A stretch of DNA of 50,765 bases, filler included, from Catajapyx aquilonaris (taxonomy: Eukaryota), in NCBI GenBank assembly GCA_000934665.2. It is 2 parts of 2 records of this genome, joined end to end, with 100 filler letters (N's around TTAATTAATTAA, not from the genome) between each part and the next. Parts side by side here need not be neighbours in the genome. Positions count along the whole stretch, not along the records: positions 25,420 to 50,765 come from KZ539343.1; 1 more part is not named here. One strand, 5' to 3'. Under the pieces are notes generated by a model. That model was given only the letters and a program-made list of their open reading frames with translations. It made no database searches and was not told the DNA's origin. The translations under genes and the position numbers were made by a program. This document shows positions 35,699 to 48,570 of this stretch, one piece after another. The first letter of the stretch is position 1. Every line of letters begins with the position of its first letter.

Positions 35699-37203
35699 TA
35701 TGGAATCTACGAACGTGTACAATATGCATTACAAATAGGTGAAAAGAACATTTACCGATGTTTTCGCGGCCCTAAATTTGATTTTTTAGGCTATTTTGTA
35801 CCAGGACATACAGGGTGTACCATAAAAGACCATCGAATTTAAGAACTTGTGGAATCTGCTTTACAAGTAAGGATATGTGAAAATAGTATTTTACCGTATG
35901 TTGGGGGACAATGATTTTAATTTTTAGGCTATACTGAACCCAGACAAATAGCTTGTATCCAAAACACCGTCAAATTTGAGATATCGTGGAATAAATTGTT
36001 GCACAGTATAACACGATAGCATTTAATAATAGGCCTATATGTAGGTGAAAGTAATGCTTCCCCAGTTTTTACGGTCGCTGATTTATATTTTGAGGAAAAT
36101 TCCAACCCAGGCCAACAAATTGTATCATAAACACCATAACCACTCCACAAGTAACAGAAAATAATATACAAAATACGCTGCTCAAACATTCAACATTCTT
36201 CTGATTCATCGGAACGCGCCTGCTTTTGACTGATTGCATAATGCTAAAAACTAAATATTTAGGAAAATAAGTACTTGGTCTCGTAGAGCATGGATTTGGA
36301 ACTGTTAACAGAATATCAATAATGGGTACTTCTTTATTGTAAATCCGAGAAATTTCAACTGGTAACATTCCGCAAATTTTCACAAATTTTGAAGTTCAAT
36401 AAGGCATACAAAACGCGCTCAGTACGACTCAGTGATGAAATTGGATTTAAGTTGACCTGAAGATAATAGGGAAGCTATCCAAGTAAGATTCAGCTGCAGC
36501 GAGCCGCAGCTGAAGGAAATATTCTACGATATTCACTTTCAGGGGCCACTTCATCTTCTTTTTGCACTGAATTACTGCAGTATTAGTATTACGGTGCGAC
36601 CCCACTTCACAAAATGCTACCTTGGGACATAAATATTATTAGTCCCAAAGGAACCCTGTGGTTTGAGGCATAAAATTTTGAAGCTATACCTACAGGGTGT
36701 ACCAAAAACTCCATGGAATCTACGAACGTGTACAATAAGCATTACAAATAGCCTAAATAGGTGAAAATAACATTTCCCGATGTTTTCGCTGTCCTAATTT
36801 TGATATTTTAGGTTATTTTGCACCAGTACATACAGGGTGAACCATAAAAGACCATCGAATTTAAGAACTTGTGGAATCTGCATTACAAGTAGTCAAGTAC
36901 GGATATGTGAAAATAGTATTTTACCGTATGTTGGTGGACAATGATTTTGATTTTTACAATTGACATTTTTACTATTTTCACATATCCGTACTTGACTACT
37001 TGTAATGCAGATTCCACAAGTTCTTAAATTCGATGGTCTTTTTATGGTACACCCTGTATGTCCTGGTACAAAATAAGCTAAAAAATCAAAATTAGGACCG
37101 CGAAAACATCGGTAAATGTTATTTTCACCTATTTGTAATGCATATTGTACACGTTCGTAGATTCCATGGTGAGTTTTTAGTACACCCTGTAGGTATAGCT
37201 TCG
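35699..37203. repeat. Three copies of a ~230-bp unit: direct copies at ~35699-35930 and ~36680-36955, inverted copy at ~36970-37203
   Basis: ATGGAATCTACGAACGTGTACAAT...ACCATAAAAGACCATCGAATTTAAGAACTTGTGGAATCTGC...GGATATGTGAAAATAGTA occurs twice on + and once on -. Confidence 0.85.
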
Positions 37204-39290
37204 AACTAACCCAAAAATCGAAATCAGCGACTCTGAAAACATGGGGAGAAGTGTTTTTTACGTACTTAAACGGTTTAGTTTAGGAGCTATCATTTTCTTT
37301 TGTGTTTTTCCTGATATTGGCCACTGTGCGCCGGTTCAGAGTTTATGGAGATCAGGAAATTGAGTCTTTCTGTACATGTGACCTACTCTCGACCCTTCGG
37401 CTGGGAAATGCAGTGCAGCAATCATGACTACTGTTGTTGATATGATGTGGAGGATCTGTGATAATAAAGCGATTCGCGTCGCGTTCGAGTGTGTATTTTT
37501 ATTTATTTTATTTTATTTACCCCGATTATAGGGTAGAAACCCTCTGAGGGGGACACTTCGAGTGTGTATGGATGTCGTGGAAGATCAATTTGAGCATATA
37601 CTGTATTGTGAATAATGCTCGTACATTCCCATGAACTAAGGTAATTTTTACACCAAGCATCAAGTGTCCAGGCAGAGTGGTAAGAAAAATATAACTGATT
37701 CTTTATTGAGAGACTACCAAAGTTAAACACCCTGAACTTATGCAAGCTCTGTCAAGCCCCCCCNNNNNNNNNNNCCCCCCCAAGTGTTAATCAGTCTTGA
37801 AAACAATTAATGTGCATTATCGCAGCAGGTTACCATATAATTACGATTGTTTGCATTTAAATTTAGGTGTACAGTATTTTACATTGAAATGTAGTCACGT
37901 GAAGGTCAGTAATGAAATTATGTTGGATATTTTCACCAACTTTGATATTGAGATAAATTCTCATTAGTGAGGTGGAGATGTTTGGAAATCATCTAGCGAA
38001 TGACCTTGACGATTAATCTGATAATGGGGATAATTGAGTACAAATCTTGACACTGTTTTCTTACACCATAAAGTGCACTCTTTCTCTCTATTACGAACAA
38101 AGCGTGTAGAAAGGCAGCAAACACCCACCCATCGCCCCGACACACAATGGACCTTTTTCATTCTCTCTGACCCTCTCAGCTCGCACGAGCTGGGAGAGTC
38201 AGTGTTGTAAGAGAGAGAAAGAAAAAGATCCATTGTTAGCCTTCCTGGAAATGCACAACAATGGAGACCAATATTTGATTTCTTGTGTGCCAGTAATGGG
38301 GGGGGGGGGGGNGGGAGTTATCGTTTCTTTTTTCCCCACTCCCTCGCGTGATTATTGGTCCATCTCTATACCTCACAAAGTGACATCGATAGAGCTGCAA
38401 AACCAATTAAAGGTCACATCCATTACTGGTTTGGTTTTCCAATGACAAGCCTGGGACACCTTCGTCAAAAATGGGGAGATATTTGTTGTATATAACAATA
38501 AAACAATGGAAGTTTGGACATAAATGAAGTGTTCCCAATAAAGGGACGTCTTGTAGTGCATTTCCGTCAATATTAGTAGGCTGTTTGGAGGTGCAGGTCG
38601 GCTTCTATAGTTCGAGGAAGGATCAGGGTCCCCCTTGCTAGCGCTCTGGGAGGTACTGGTCCTGTATGCAAGGAGGGGTATGGGCAGTGACTGGTTGACA
38701 AGCAGAAGACGCATTGCATCCTTCTGGGGAAGGCTCAAGAAGGAAAGGCCTTTTTTTGTTTTTTGAGGGGGCAGTAAAAGTTTACAGTGGACCTCCTTGT
38801 TTACGACATCCTTCTTGTCGAGCGTCTGGTCCAGGCGTCCAGCTTGAGACAAAGGTTGTCCCCGAGGGCGGGGAGGATATGTTTTTTGGGGCCAGTCGCC
38901 AGTTGGTGGGTCGACTCCTAAGTAGCAAGTAATTGCATCTCGCGCCTACATCGCCTACATCGCCGTGCGGGACATAATTATTATATTCTACATATGCAAC
39001 GTGACAGAGGGTCCAACGAGGAGGAGCACGCTACGCACGCTTAGGAGGCTGATATTGCGTCTGTTGGCCTGGAGGGATTGCTGCTGTGACAGTAAGTATT
39101 GTTGTATGCAGAATGCATGAGGGTCAATTCGCGTCAGTTCTTCCAACTTTGGACACTTGGTGTGGCCGATTTGATTGGTTTTCTCATATCAGTTTATGAT
39201 AAATTAGAGATACTAAAACATTAGAACGAAGAGTTTTGAATCAAACTGTGAGTTTTTGCCGGGTTTTTTTTGTACGGGTGGGGGGATATA

Positions 39291-41783
39291 CTAGCTACCA
39301 GCCAATGGTGTGTCTAGATTTGAATGGAGATTTGAATAAGCCAATGGTGGAAGGGTAGTTCTGAAGTATATGGTTGATATAGAATCACCGAGGGCTTTAT
39401 GTAATTGGGTGGTTCCATTTCAGATCAGGCAGTGAGTGTTGTGGGAGTTAGGTTCATTTTAGAGAGCTGAAACATGCGGCGTAAAAATGTAACCCCTGAT
39501 GAGCTAGTTTAAGGCGGTGTATAGGGGCCTTCTCATGGATTTCTATATAGCCCAGGAGTTTTAGACAAAAATGAGGCCTAACCCGGACAAAAATAATGTA
39601 AAGCTTAAAATTTGCACACAGGCTCTGTTTGCCACGCTGAACAACATATCAAAAGTCCCCGACTCTCCCCTGTCCGCGTCATGTTTTTTTGGCTCAAGTA
39701 GTACATAAGTGACACTCGCTTTGGAATTGGCTATAAAATCGAAACTACTCGTCCGATTTTTCTCGGATTCCTCTTAAAATGTTTACAATTGGATGCACAA
39801 CGTGACTATCAGGTCATCATATCACCTGCAGGTCAAGGTCACGGTGAAAACGCCCTCCAAGTTTGAATTTTCTCCTTGCACTTTTGAAAACAGGAAAATA
39901 ATCAGTTCTGCACAGCAGACTCTACAAAATGTGTAGGGCGGAAAAAGTTTCCTCGTATTCTCACCTTTACAACGATGTCACTGGCATGTTTGTGTGATCA
40001 TCTGTTAAAAAACGGTCAAAATATTTCATATCGCTCTTAGCGCGGTGCCATCGTGCTAGTCGGAGCGGTACACTTGGAAAAACGGTATAAAATGCTGCAA
40101 ATTCTTACAGAAAGCAAGCCACCTTTCACATACGTTCCATAGACTAAGGCGAGCAATTTGATCAATTGCAATTGGCAGCATGCAGGAGGTCATAAGGACA
40201 CTAGTATGTGACCTATGTTGCTTTCAGGTTCCCAGGGATTTGTTTGTTGGGTCCTGGGGTCAGTCGCCTGCTGACTGAATTTCAGGGTACCCACAGCGAA
40301 AAGAGTCAGGGAACACGTCGTCATGAACAGTACCACTTTTGTTTACCAGTTTCATGCAATACCCACAGTTTCCTTAGATCAAGAACGTTGAGTCTATGAT
40401 TATTTCAAAAAAAAATGAAACCTCCAACACCAGCACATCAGTATCGGAGCATCGAATAACATCACTCTTAGCTCCATTCTGCACTGCATCTTTCAAATTC
40501 AGTATTATGTATTTATTTTATTTATTTAGTTACCCCGTTTCAGGGCGCCCTTTTGGGGGGACACTTCTGTCGTTATAATACAATGCATCGGAATTTACAT
40601 TACATACAATTCGGTCACTCATGATACACGTATACTGGAAGATTCAGGGGAAATACCCTCAAAAGTAAATTCGCTTTCCAACATTATCAAAGAACTCTAT
40701 TGGCAAGTATTCAAAAAGTAGGTGGGTCTTACCAGGCGGGTAGACACTCAGGTCCGACACAAAGTTTACCCTGGGCGTATTTAAAAAAGGACAACTGTAC
40801 AAAAATGTGATGCAATGACAAGGCTTCAGGTGAGTTGCACCACGAGCATGGGACCTCCCTCTTGAAGGTAATTTTTTGGTCACGTATGTATAATGAAGTG
40901 GATTGATTTCTGAGATTTTCACCTTCATATGCAGTATAATTATTGAGTGATCAGACTGTGATATAAAAAACTGCCAAGACCACTCGGAAAAACATGCCGT
41001 AAAATGAGCAAAAACTGATGATTACTTAACTCTCTCACTCGTACAATCTTGAAACTTTTTACGTCCATATGTTTCCGGAGTTCAGCTACAAACACACTCT
41101 TGTGCAATTAAGACCACAAGACATTAAAATTCGTAATTGCTGACTTGCTGTACGTATTTGTGTATGTGAAAGGTGGCTTGCTTTCTGTAAGAATTTGCAG
41201 CATTTTATACCGTTTTTTCAAGTGTACCGCTCCGACTAGCACGATGGCACCGCGCTAAGAGCGATATGAAATATTTTGACCGTTTTTTAACAGATGATCA
41301 CACAAACATGCCAGTGACATCGTTGTAAAGGTGAGAATACGAGGAAACCTTTTCCGCCCTACACATTTTGTAGAGTCTGCTGTGCAGAACTGATTATTTT
41401 CCTGTTTTCAAAAGTAAAAGGAGAAAATTCAAACTTGGCGGGCGTTTTCACCGCGACCTTGACGTGCAGGTGATATGATGACCTGATAGTCACGTTGTAC
41501 ATCCAATTGTAAACATTTTAAGAGGAATCCGAGAAATATCGGACGAGTAGTTTCGATTTTATAGCCAATTCCAAAGCGAGTGTCACTTATGTACTTCTTG
41601 AGCCAAAAAAAACATGACGCGGACAGGGGAGAGTCGGGGACTTTTGATATGTTGTTCAGCATGGCAAACAGAGCCTGTGTGCAAATTTTAAGCTTTACAT
41701 TATTTTTGTCCGGGTAAAAACCTAAAACTCCTGAGCTAATATAAGGGACAAACAAAGTCTCATCCTTATTTATAGATATAAGA
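39291..41783 (-). mobile_element. Non-autonomous Helitron-like element interrupted by a foldback; partial second copy at ~34927-35085
   Basis: Minus strand A|TC...CTAG|T ends. GTGGGAGTTAGG.TCATTTT...GATGAGCTAGTTTAAGGCGGTGTA and ATAAGGGACAAACA...TTTATAGATA.A are shared with the 34.9-35.1 kb copy, which lacks the insert. No clear 3' hairpin. Confidence 0.5.
39550..41736. mobile_element. Foldback-type DNA element with ~580-bp near-identical TIRs
   Basis: ~39550-40133 is the reverse complement of ~41162-41736 with few mismatches; TA flanks both ends; ~1-kb non-coding middle. Confidence 0.9.
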
Positions 41784-41973
41784 TAACATTTGATACGTGC
41801 ATTTTAGAAATGGGCTATAGAGAAAGAAGGTCAGTTGTATACTGACTGCGAGATTGGCTCAGGGTGGTCAATAAACCTGAGTTGCCGGAACCCACATTGT
41901 GATTTGAGTTAGCTGGTTATTATGGCAGTGGTTCCCATACTCTTTTTGTCGCGTACCCATTTTTGGAATAATA

Positions 41974-42242
41974 CATGGTGTTCCACGTTCGTGGGTCACT
42001 TCTTGATAACTGATATCATCCGATAGCAGTTATTTAATTAGTTAAGTTAACTACTGCTATCTGGTCATCACTGGCCAACGCATTTATGGGATTAAGGCTG
42101 TGACGAATATGAATGAATGAATGAATGAACTAATGCTCTATATTGGGGGTCATGGTTAGGGGCACAACAAGCTATACCAAAAATATCTGCTGTCGGGCGA
42201 TATCAGTTATCAAGAAGTGACCCACGAACTTGGAACACCCTG
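41974..42242. mobile_element. Tc1/mariner-type MITE carrying a (TGAA)n retroposon tail
   Basis: TA|CA(T/G)GGTGTTCCA.GTTCGTGGGTCACTTCTTGATAACTGATATC inverted at both ends, TA flanks. (ATGA)n tail at 42108-42129 resembles the one at ~32850. Confidence 0.8.
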
Positions 42243-42430
42243 TATATTATGTCAATGCAGTTTGTACCCTAAATTCTATCCTGTTACCTGATAATAGTAG
42301 GCGAATAGCAGGGGCGGCCATCTCGTTCTTGGGGTATGGTTACATAATTTGCCAGCTGCTTATGTTCACAAATCCACGTAACATTTCCCTTTCCCACAGG
42401 TAATCTACAAATTAAACAAGAGTTTACGTG

Positions 42431-45319
42431 ATGTTCCACTGCCCTAAATGCAACTACACTTCAACCAACCGGCGAAAATATGTGGATCACTGCATCCTCC
42501 ATGATGGAAGCAGCAGATATGGCTTTCCATGTGGGGTTAGAGGGTGTGCGAGAACCTTCCAATCTTATTTCGCATTTCGCCAGCACACTTTGAGAGATCA
42601 TACAGGGTTAGGTAAAATTGCAAAAAGATATGTCAGTGAAGATGTTGCCATGCGCTGCCCTATTGTCACATGCGAGAAAACGTGCGATAACCTACGTCAG
42701 TTGTTGTGTCATTTGCAACATCATCTTCACACACACACCCCTGACGTGCCATGCCCTTTTAAAGGCTGTGACAAGCGCTATTCCAACAAAGGGTCTTTTA
42801 AGTCACATGTGCACAGGTGCCACAGGCATGTAAGTGCTTTAAATGTAAAATCAGACTACGTAATTGGTCATCTAGTGCATGAACCTGAAGTCAGTCGTCA
42901 AGCTGAACCTGCTGAGTATGTCGATAGTGTTGAGTGTGACATTGTGGTTCCTTCCACTAGTACTTCTGCCCACACTTCAAGCAGTGTATCTTCAAATGAG
43001 GGGCTTGACTTAGATTGTTTTGAAAGGGCTGTTGGCAGATTTTATTTGGGACTGCAAATTGAGAAACATGTGCCAGCTAAAACAGTGCAACACATTTATG
43101 ATAATGTGAGTAGCCTTTTAAGGATCTCAGAAGGACATTTACAAATAAGAATGAGGGCGGCTTTGTCTAAGCACAATGTTTCATCAGATGCCAGTGACAG
43201 CATTATGAAAGACGTAGAGAGCAGCAATCTTTTTGCCAACGTGCATTCTGAATCAGGATCATTTGGGTCAGACTACAGTAGACAGAAGTTTTTGAAGTCC
43301 AACCTAAAGTTTGTCGCACCACATATCATTAACTTGAACCCTGCAGGAAAGTGCCAAGCAGCATACATTCCAATTCACAAGAGTCTCACTTCCTTAATGG
43401 AAGTAATTGATATGGAAACTTTGAGGGCAGAAACTGGTAGGGCACTTGAGATAGGTAGTTTGCTAGACATACATGACGGATCCTGCTACAAGGGTAACGC
43501 ATTTTTTGCAGCCAACCCAACTGCTTTACAAATTATATTATACCAAGATGCTTTTGAAACCGTAAACCCAATAGGTGCAGCAAGGAAGAAGCACAAGCTT
43601 TTAGCAGTGTATTTCACCCTGGGGAACATTCCTTTACACTTGCGCTTTGCCTTGGACATAGTTAAGCTGGTCTTGTTGGTCCGGGAAGATGACTGCAATA
43701 TGGTGGGGCAGAAAGTGCTATTTGCAAGGCTTCTGAATGACCTTAAAATCCTGGAGGTTTCAGGGATTACTATTGAGGGAAAGTCAGTCCTTGGGTCAGT
43801 GTATTGCATTTTAGGGGATAATCTTGGAAGCCATTATATTGGTGGCTTTGTGCAAAATTTCAGTACTTCCACATACTTTTGTCGTTATTGCACGATCACA
43901 AGAGATGAGTTTTTGGCAGACGGAACCAACATGGGCCAGGAGAGAACTAAGGAATCGTATGAATGTGCATTGGATTTTCTTAATAGTAATGAACACCTTA
44001 AAAATTTTGAAGGCATTCAGAAGTCTAGCCAATTCAATAAACTTCAGCACTTCCATGTCATTAATGGCTTGCCTCCCTGCATTGCTCACGACTTGTTGGA
44101 AGGGGTTGTTCAGTATGATCTTGTAGTTTTCATGGAATACTTTTGTGAGGTGAAGAAATGGATGACATATAATGACGCAAACAGAGCCATTATGACATTC
44201 AAGCACTTTGGCGCAGATGCCAGAAACAAGATGAGCAACAACCCCTTCCGACGTGGTCAGGTTAAATTCAGTGGGACCGCTGCACAAAGCCGTACTTTGT
44301 TAAGACTGCTTCCGCTGATGATAGGGCGCTTCATTGACAACAAGTGCGATGCTGTGTGGGAGCTGCTTCTGTCACTGAGGAAAATTGTAGAGTATGCTTG
44401 CTGCCCACTTTTCAGTCACCACGAAGCTGTCTTTTTGCAGTACTTGGTAATCGAGTATCTCCAAATCAGGCAAGATCATTTTCCCACAAAAAAACTGAAA
44501 CCTAAACACCATTACATGTTACACTATTCTGACCTCATACAAAAATTTGGACCATTAGTTTCACTGTGGACCTTGCGAATGGAGTCCAAACATTCATATC
44601 TCAAGTCTACAGCAAGGGCGGGGCGCAATTATACTAACATTGTGAAAACGTGCGCACAGAAGCACCAAAAATGGCAGGCATGCATGAATCAGTCAAGGAA
44701 AACGCATCCACTGGTAATAATCAGGTCAGATTTTGGGGAAGATGTGAGCTTCCTGTCTGCAGACTTACAAGATGCAGTGAAGTCCGCTAGTATTAACTTG
44801 CAAGGGTCTGTCGCATGCAGCCAACTTAGATTCAAGGGCACTTTCTATAAGGTTGGCCAATATTTTGCGATGATGAGGGAGGAGAGAGGAATTATATTTG
44901 CCAAGCTGCACCATATGTTTGTCGTGGGACACGAGACGGTTGTACTGCTTGTGCAATTGTTCCACTCAGAACTGACGGACTTGGGCATGTACCGACTGAC
45001 AGAGGCATTGGCATGGAAACAATACCAGTGTGTGCAGCTCGCTGATGTAATGGACTACCATCCATTATATGCGTACATGCTAGGGAGAAGGCTCTATCTC
45101 CCACTGCACCATTGGATATCTGACAATGACTCTTGCTCAGGTAGACTTCCCTACTGCTACTTCAGTATTCAGAGTATTCATTTCCTTTTTTTCTGTTTTA
45201 GGTGTCAGGTAGAATTGCCGGCTTTGCTCGATTACCTTCCACTATATGCGTATGGATTAAGGGGGAGATTGTATGTGCCACTCCACCACTGGATATCAAG
45301 CACTTCTTCATTCTTATAA
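42431..45319 (+). CDS. CMC/EnSpm (CACTA-like) transposase with N-terminal C2H2 zinc fingers, ~962 aa, open
   Basis: Four C2H2-like fingers, then LYQDAFETVNPIG...KHKL..VYFTLGN, GDNLGSH..GGF...FCRYC, PPCIAHDLLEGVV, KPKHHYMLHY...GPL...WTLRMESKH, all motifs of animal EnSpm transposases. Acceptor CCCACAG at ~42399. Confidence 0.9.
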   Translation: MFHCPKCNYTSTNRRKYVDHCILHDGSSRYGFPCGVRGCARTFQSYFAFRQHTLRDHTGLGKIAKRYVSEDVAMRCPIVTCEKTCDNLRQLLCHLQHHLHTHTPDVPCPFKGCDKRYSNKGSFKSHVHRCHRHVSALNVKSDYVIGHLVHEPEVSRQAEPAEYVDSVECDIVVPSTSTSAHTSSSVSSNEGLDLDCFERAVGRFYLGLQIEKHVPAKTVQHIYDNVSSLLRISEGHLQIRMRAALSKHNVSSDASDSIMKDVESSNLFANVHSESGSFGSDYSRQKFLKSNLKFVAPHIINLNPAGKCQAAYIPIHKSLTSLMEVIDMETLRAETGRALEIGSLLDIHDGSCYKGNAFFAANPTALQIILYQDAFETVNPIGAARKKHKLLAVYFTLGNIPLHLRFALDIVKLVLLVREDDCNMVGQKVLFARLLNDLKILEVSGITIEGKSVLGSVYCILGDNLGSHYIGGFVQNFSTSTYFCRYCTITRDEFLADGTNMGQERTKESYECALDFLNSNEHLKNFEGIQKSSQFNKLQHFHVINGLPPCIAHDLLEGVVQYDLVVFMEYFCEVKKWMTYNDANRAIMTFKHFGADARNKMSNNPFRRGQVKFSGTAAQSRTLLRLLPLMIGRFIDNKCDAVWELLLSLRKIVEYACCPLFSHHEAVFLQYLVIEYLQIRQDHFPTKKLKPKHHYMLHYSDLIQKFGPLVSLWTLRMESKHSYLKSTARAGRNYTNIVKTCAQKHQKWQACMNQSRKTHPLVIIRSDFGEDVSFLSADLQDAVKSASINLQGSVACSQLRFKGTFYKVGQYFAMMREERGIIFAKLHHMFVVGHETVVLLVQLFHSELTDLGMYRLTEALAWKQYQCVQLADVMDYHPLYAYMLGRRLYLPLHHWISDNDSCSGRLPYCYFSIQSIHFLFFCFRCQVELPALLDYLPLYAYGLRGRLYVPLHHWISSTSSFL

Positions 45320-45393
45320 GGTACATTTCATAAAAGTTTGTTGTTTCACATTTCACATTGGCTGTTCTTTTACTTCAGATTCTAGTGGACGAG

Positions 45394-48096
45394 ATGGAAG
45401 AGGTCAAAGCACTTATCCGGAAAGTTTTGCCGAATCTGGAGGAAGCTGTCTTTTTGGAGCTGCTGGAAAAGTTTGATGAACTTGGCGTAGATTGTGCGGA
45501 CTCCTTGCAGCTTCTGCAAGAATCAGACTTGGTGGGCGTTTTAAAACCCATTCAAAGTCGGAAACTACTGAAGCACATAGGAGGTGAGCAAATACTAATC
45601 ATATTATAAATAGTCATTCAATCAGGCAGCCTGGACAAAAGTAACTAATTGGCCACAGAGTGCTCAGAAGAGTAGCAAGTGCTTAGGCTACCTAAAGCTT
45701 GGAGATAGAAAAAGAGAAGAGGGGATTTGAAAAAATGCTTTTAAGTATTTGTATAGCCAGAATTTATTCCTGAGCTTCCATTTTGGCAGTGCTTGTAAAA
45801 ATATGTTTCTACTTTCACTGGCTTGCTCCAATAAGCCCTGGTAGCGGTTGGTATGGTAGCAATTGAGATGTGCTTCAATCGACGTTGATCCTAGGGACCT
45901 AAATCCACTGCAACTTTCATATTCATCAGCAGACAGCAGGCATAGAAATGCAATAGGCCTATCACTTTTGAAATGGCCGCTATGCTAAGTCTGGCTTATG
46001 AAGGTTTAAATTTTTTCTTTACATGGAGGTACTGAATCACTGAGGTCGTCAGCACCAGTTGCAGGCCAAGGGCATGAAGCAAGCAATAACAGCTCTCCAA
46101 AGTACACAGTGCCATGGGAGAAAATCAACAGTATGACAATGGAAAAGCTGGAGTCTCTGAAGCCTATCACACCACAAGAATACAGGGAGGTAATTCGTGT
46201 GGTCGCAGACCACATTCGAGGAATACGCAGGACCCCCGGCAGAAAAAACCTAGTAGATGTCGCTCAGCAAATGAGCAACAAGTTCCCTCACGTGTTCCAT
46301 GACACTATGCTTGGGGATGTTGTCGGGGAGGGACACCGGCAAGTGTTTATGAAGCTGGAGCACCGTATTGAAAATTGCAATAGGGTGTCATCAGCAAGTA
46401 AATCAGGTACAGTACTAGTCATTTCATTTTGCTTTCACGTGTCACACTGGCACATGTGTATGTCTACTTTTAAAGGTCTGATGTGTAGGCTGCAGGTGTA
46501 GTGCCATACCTATGGCATTTACAGTTGTGAATGCTCAACATTTAGTAATTATGAAGTCTAGTAAAAAGCATTTACAGACTATCTTTCTCGTTACAACAAT
46601 CTGCCACAGAAGTGATTGATCATCTAAATTGATGGACATAATTTATACAGAGGGTGTAAACTACAACTTGGTCACTATAAATAATGTTAGATGCTGCTTT
46701 GTATAAACATTAGTAAAAAAGTTGTGTTGTAAGGAGTAAACAGAGGAAAGAAGTTATATTTATCACCATAATGACAAACAAAAGTCACATCAGCTTGGAG
46801 GAAAATTCAAGCAATTATCTTATTTAGCTCCTTTGTTTTGAATTCTTCATATAATATAGGTATATACCCAAAAGTAGAATGCACCTTCCGTGATTATTTC
46901 AACAGTATGCCTAGTGTTCGTATGCAGTGTTCATTTTGAATGACTGTGAGCCTCACTTTCTACAGGGATGCACGATGCAGAACAGGAGTCAGGAACCAGC
47001 AAGAAACGGAATAGAGATTCCTACGGTTGCATGGCCTGGTACCCTGAGGAGATGACGGTAGAGGAGAGGGAATTGCAGATGACACTGTTGAATGACCTTC
47101 AAGTCATTTACAATGAGAGAGGACAACGGGAAGCTGATGTATCGGATGTTATGAGGAAAACGTACAATATGCAGAGGATTGACATCATTAGCCGCATGGA
47201 TGTGCATGAGCTGAAGGGGAAGTGGCCCTTTTTATTCAACGTGAAAGGCCTCATCCAGCATTTTGACCATCTTGTCCAGTTCAGCCTTAGTGACAGGCTC
47301 ACAGGTGAACTGGACAAGAAGGGCAAAATGGTGGTTGAGTGTTTCAGCCAAAAGATGCCAAAAGTAAGAGAAGCAATTGAGGCTGCCTGCCAAGACACTG
47401 ATTCACTGCAGCCCAAGACCTTGGGCTGTGTGGCAGTAGCAGCTACATATCTCCAGGAAGATTTCTGCGACCTCTGCCTCATGAATGATGTGCGTAAATA
47501 ATATAATATATTTAATTGACATTCTATTGATATTAATGAAGGATGTTTATTTCCAAATTGTCAGGGTCCAGTAACTGAAGAGGTTCTTTTGGCAAACAAA
47601 AAGGGATATCCTTCACTGATTTGCGAAGGTAAATTATAGTAGTTAGATGAATTGCTCAGATAATAAATGCGAAGTATTCTAAATCAGCTTTTCTCATTCC
47701 AGGTACAAACATGTACACAAGTTCTTCATTTGTGCTGGTGATGAATGGGCATTCACTGGTGGAGCAAATTAAAGGGTTGAAGGATGGTGTAGCAGTACTT
47801 GTTGCTTCATATTACTGCTTCGGTCTCAAGTACCCACCGGAAGCCTCTGGGACATTAGAATTCATCCAGCGGTAGGTCATATTTTGTCATCATCTGTTAT
47901 TTGGCATATAACATGCAATGCATTCTAAATGCGACTCTTTTCCGACAGATGTCTCCTGCTAATCAACCCAGAGAGGGGTTCCAAGAGTAGAACGAAGGGA
48001 GGACAGAGGAGGACTGGAGTTCACCCAAAACTACTCAAAATGTTGACCATTCTTAAGGATAAAACATCCTTATGGAATATGGACGATATGGAGTAG
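45394..48096 (+). CDS. EnSpm second gene (SAM-like N-terminus, SAMD3-like C-terminus), 490 aa; exons 45394-45583, 46029-46406, 46966-47489, 47565-47628, 47703-47871, 47949-48096
   Basis: All five introns are GT-AG and phase-consistent (1,1,0,1,2), total 1473 bp; the first acceptor is an uncommon GAG. Motifs: LGVDCADSLQLLQESDL...LKPIQSRKLL, DSYGC..W.P, WPFLF, YYCFGLKYP.EASGTLEFIQRCLLLINP.RGSK. Confidence 0.82.
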
Positions 48097-48110
48097 ACTC
48101 ACTGCAATAT

Positions 48111-48570
48111 TAGGGTGGTTCCAAAGTCTTTTTCTCAAGCTCCAATGCTGACAGTTGTTCTTAAAATACCTTGGTTTGGTCACTCACGTTACGACTTGAT
48201 CCTCAACAATCATTATTTGCATCAATCACTTATTGTTTATCATTTTATTATTTTATTACTTATCATTTATTTACAGGGTGGCCCGAAAGTTTCTGACCCA
48301 CGATATTGTTAATAATTTTAAAAATAAGAATGATATGAATTTTTATTGTATTGGACATTGTTCTGCACATTCTGCTCAGTAAGGAGTTTGCTTTCCCTTA
48401 TTTTGCAAACATAATTTTATCCTTGTTTTGAAACTCTAAATAAGGTTGAATGTTTCCTCAAGATTTGTGGCACTCTCATTATTTGCATCAATCATTTATT
48501 GTTTATCATTTTATTATTTTATTACTTATCATTTATTTACTGTATTTGCATCAATCAGTGAACCACCCTA
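48111..48570. mobile_element. MITE-like insertion with an internal ~60-bp direct repeat
   Basis: TAGGGTGGTTC / GAACCACCCTA termini; CATTATTTGCATCAATCA...TTATCATTTATTTAC occurs twice. Confidence 0.5.

Noticed and set aside
36069..36383. PNPCSTR resembling the Transib NPRPSSTR motif
   Set aside because: Flanking Transib motifs are not recoverable; may be chance.
38373..38900. 159-aa ORF with KGDPDPSSNYRS resembling an RT pre-domain
   Set aside because: At most a heavily scrambled LINE relic; too degenerate to call.
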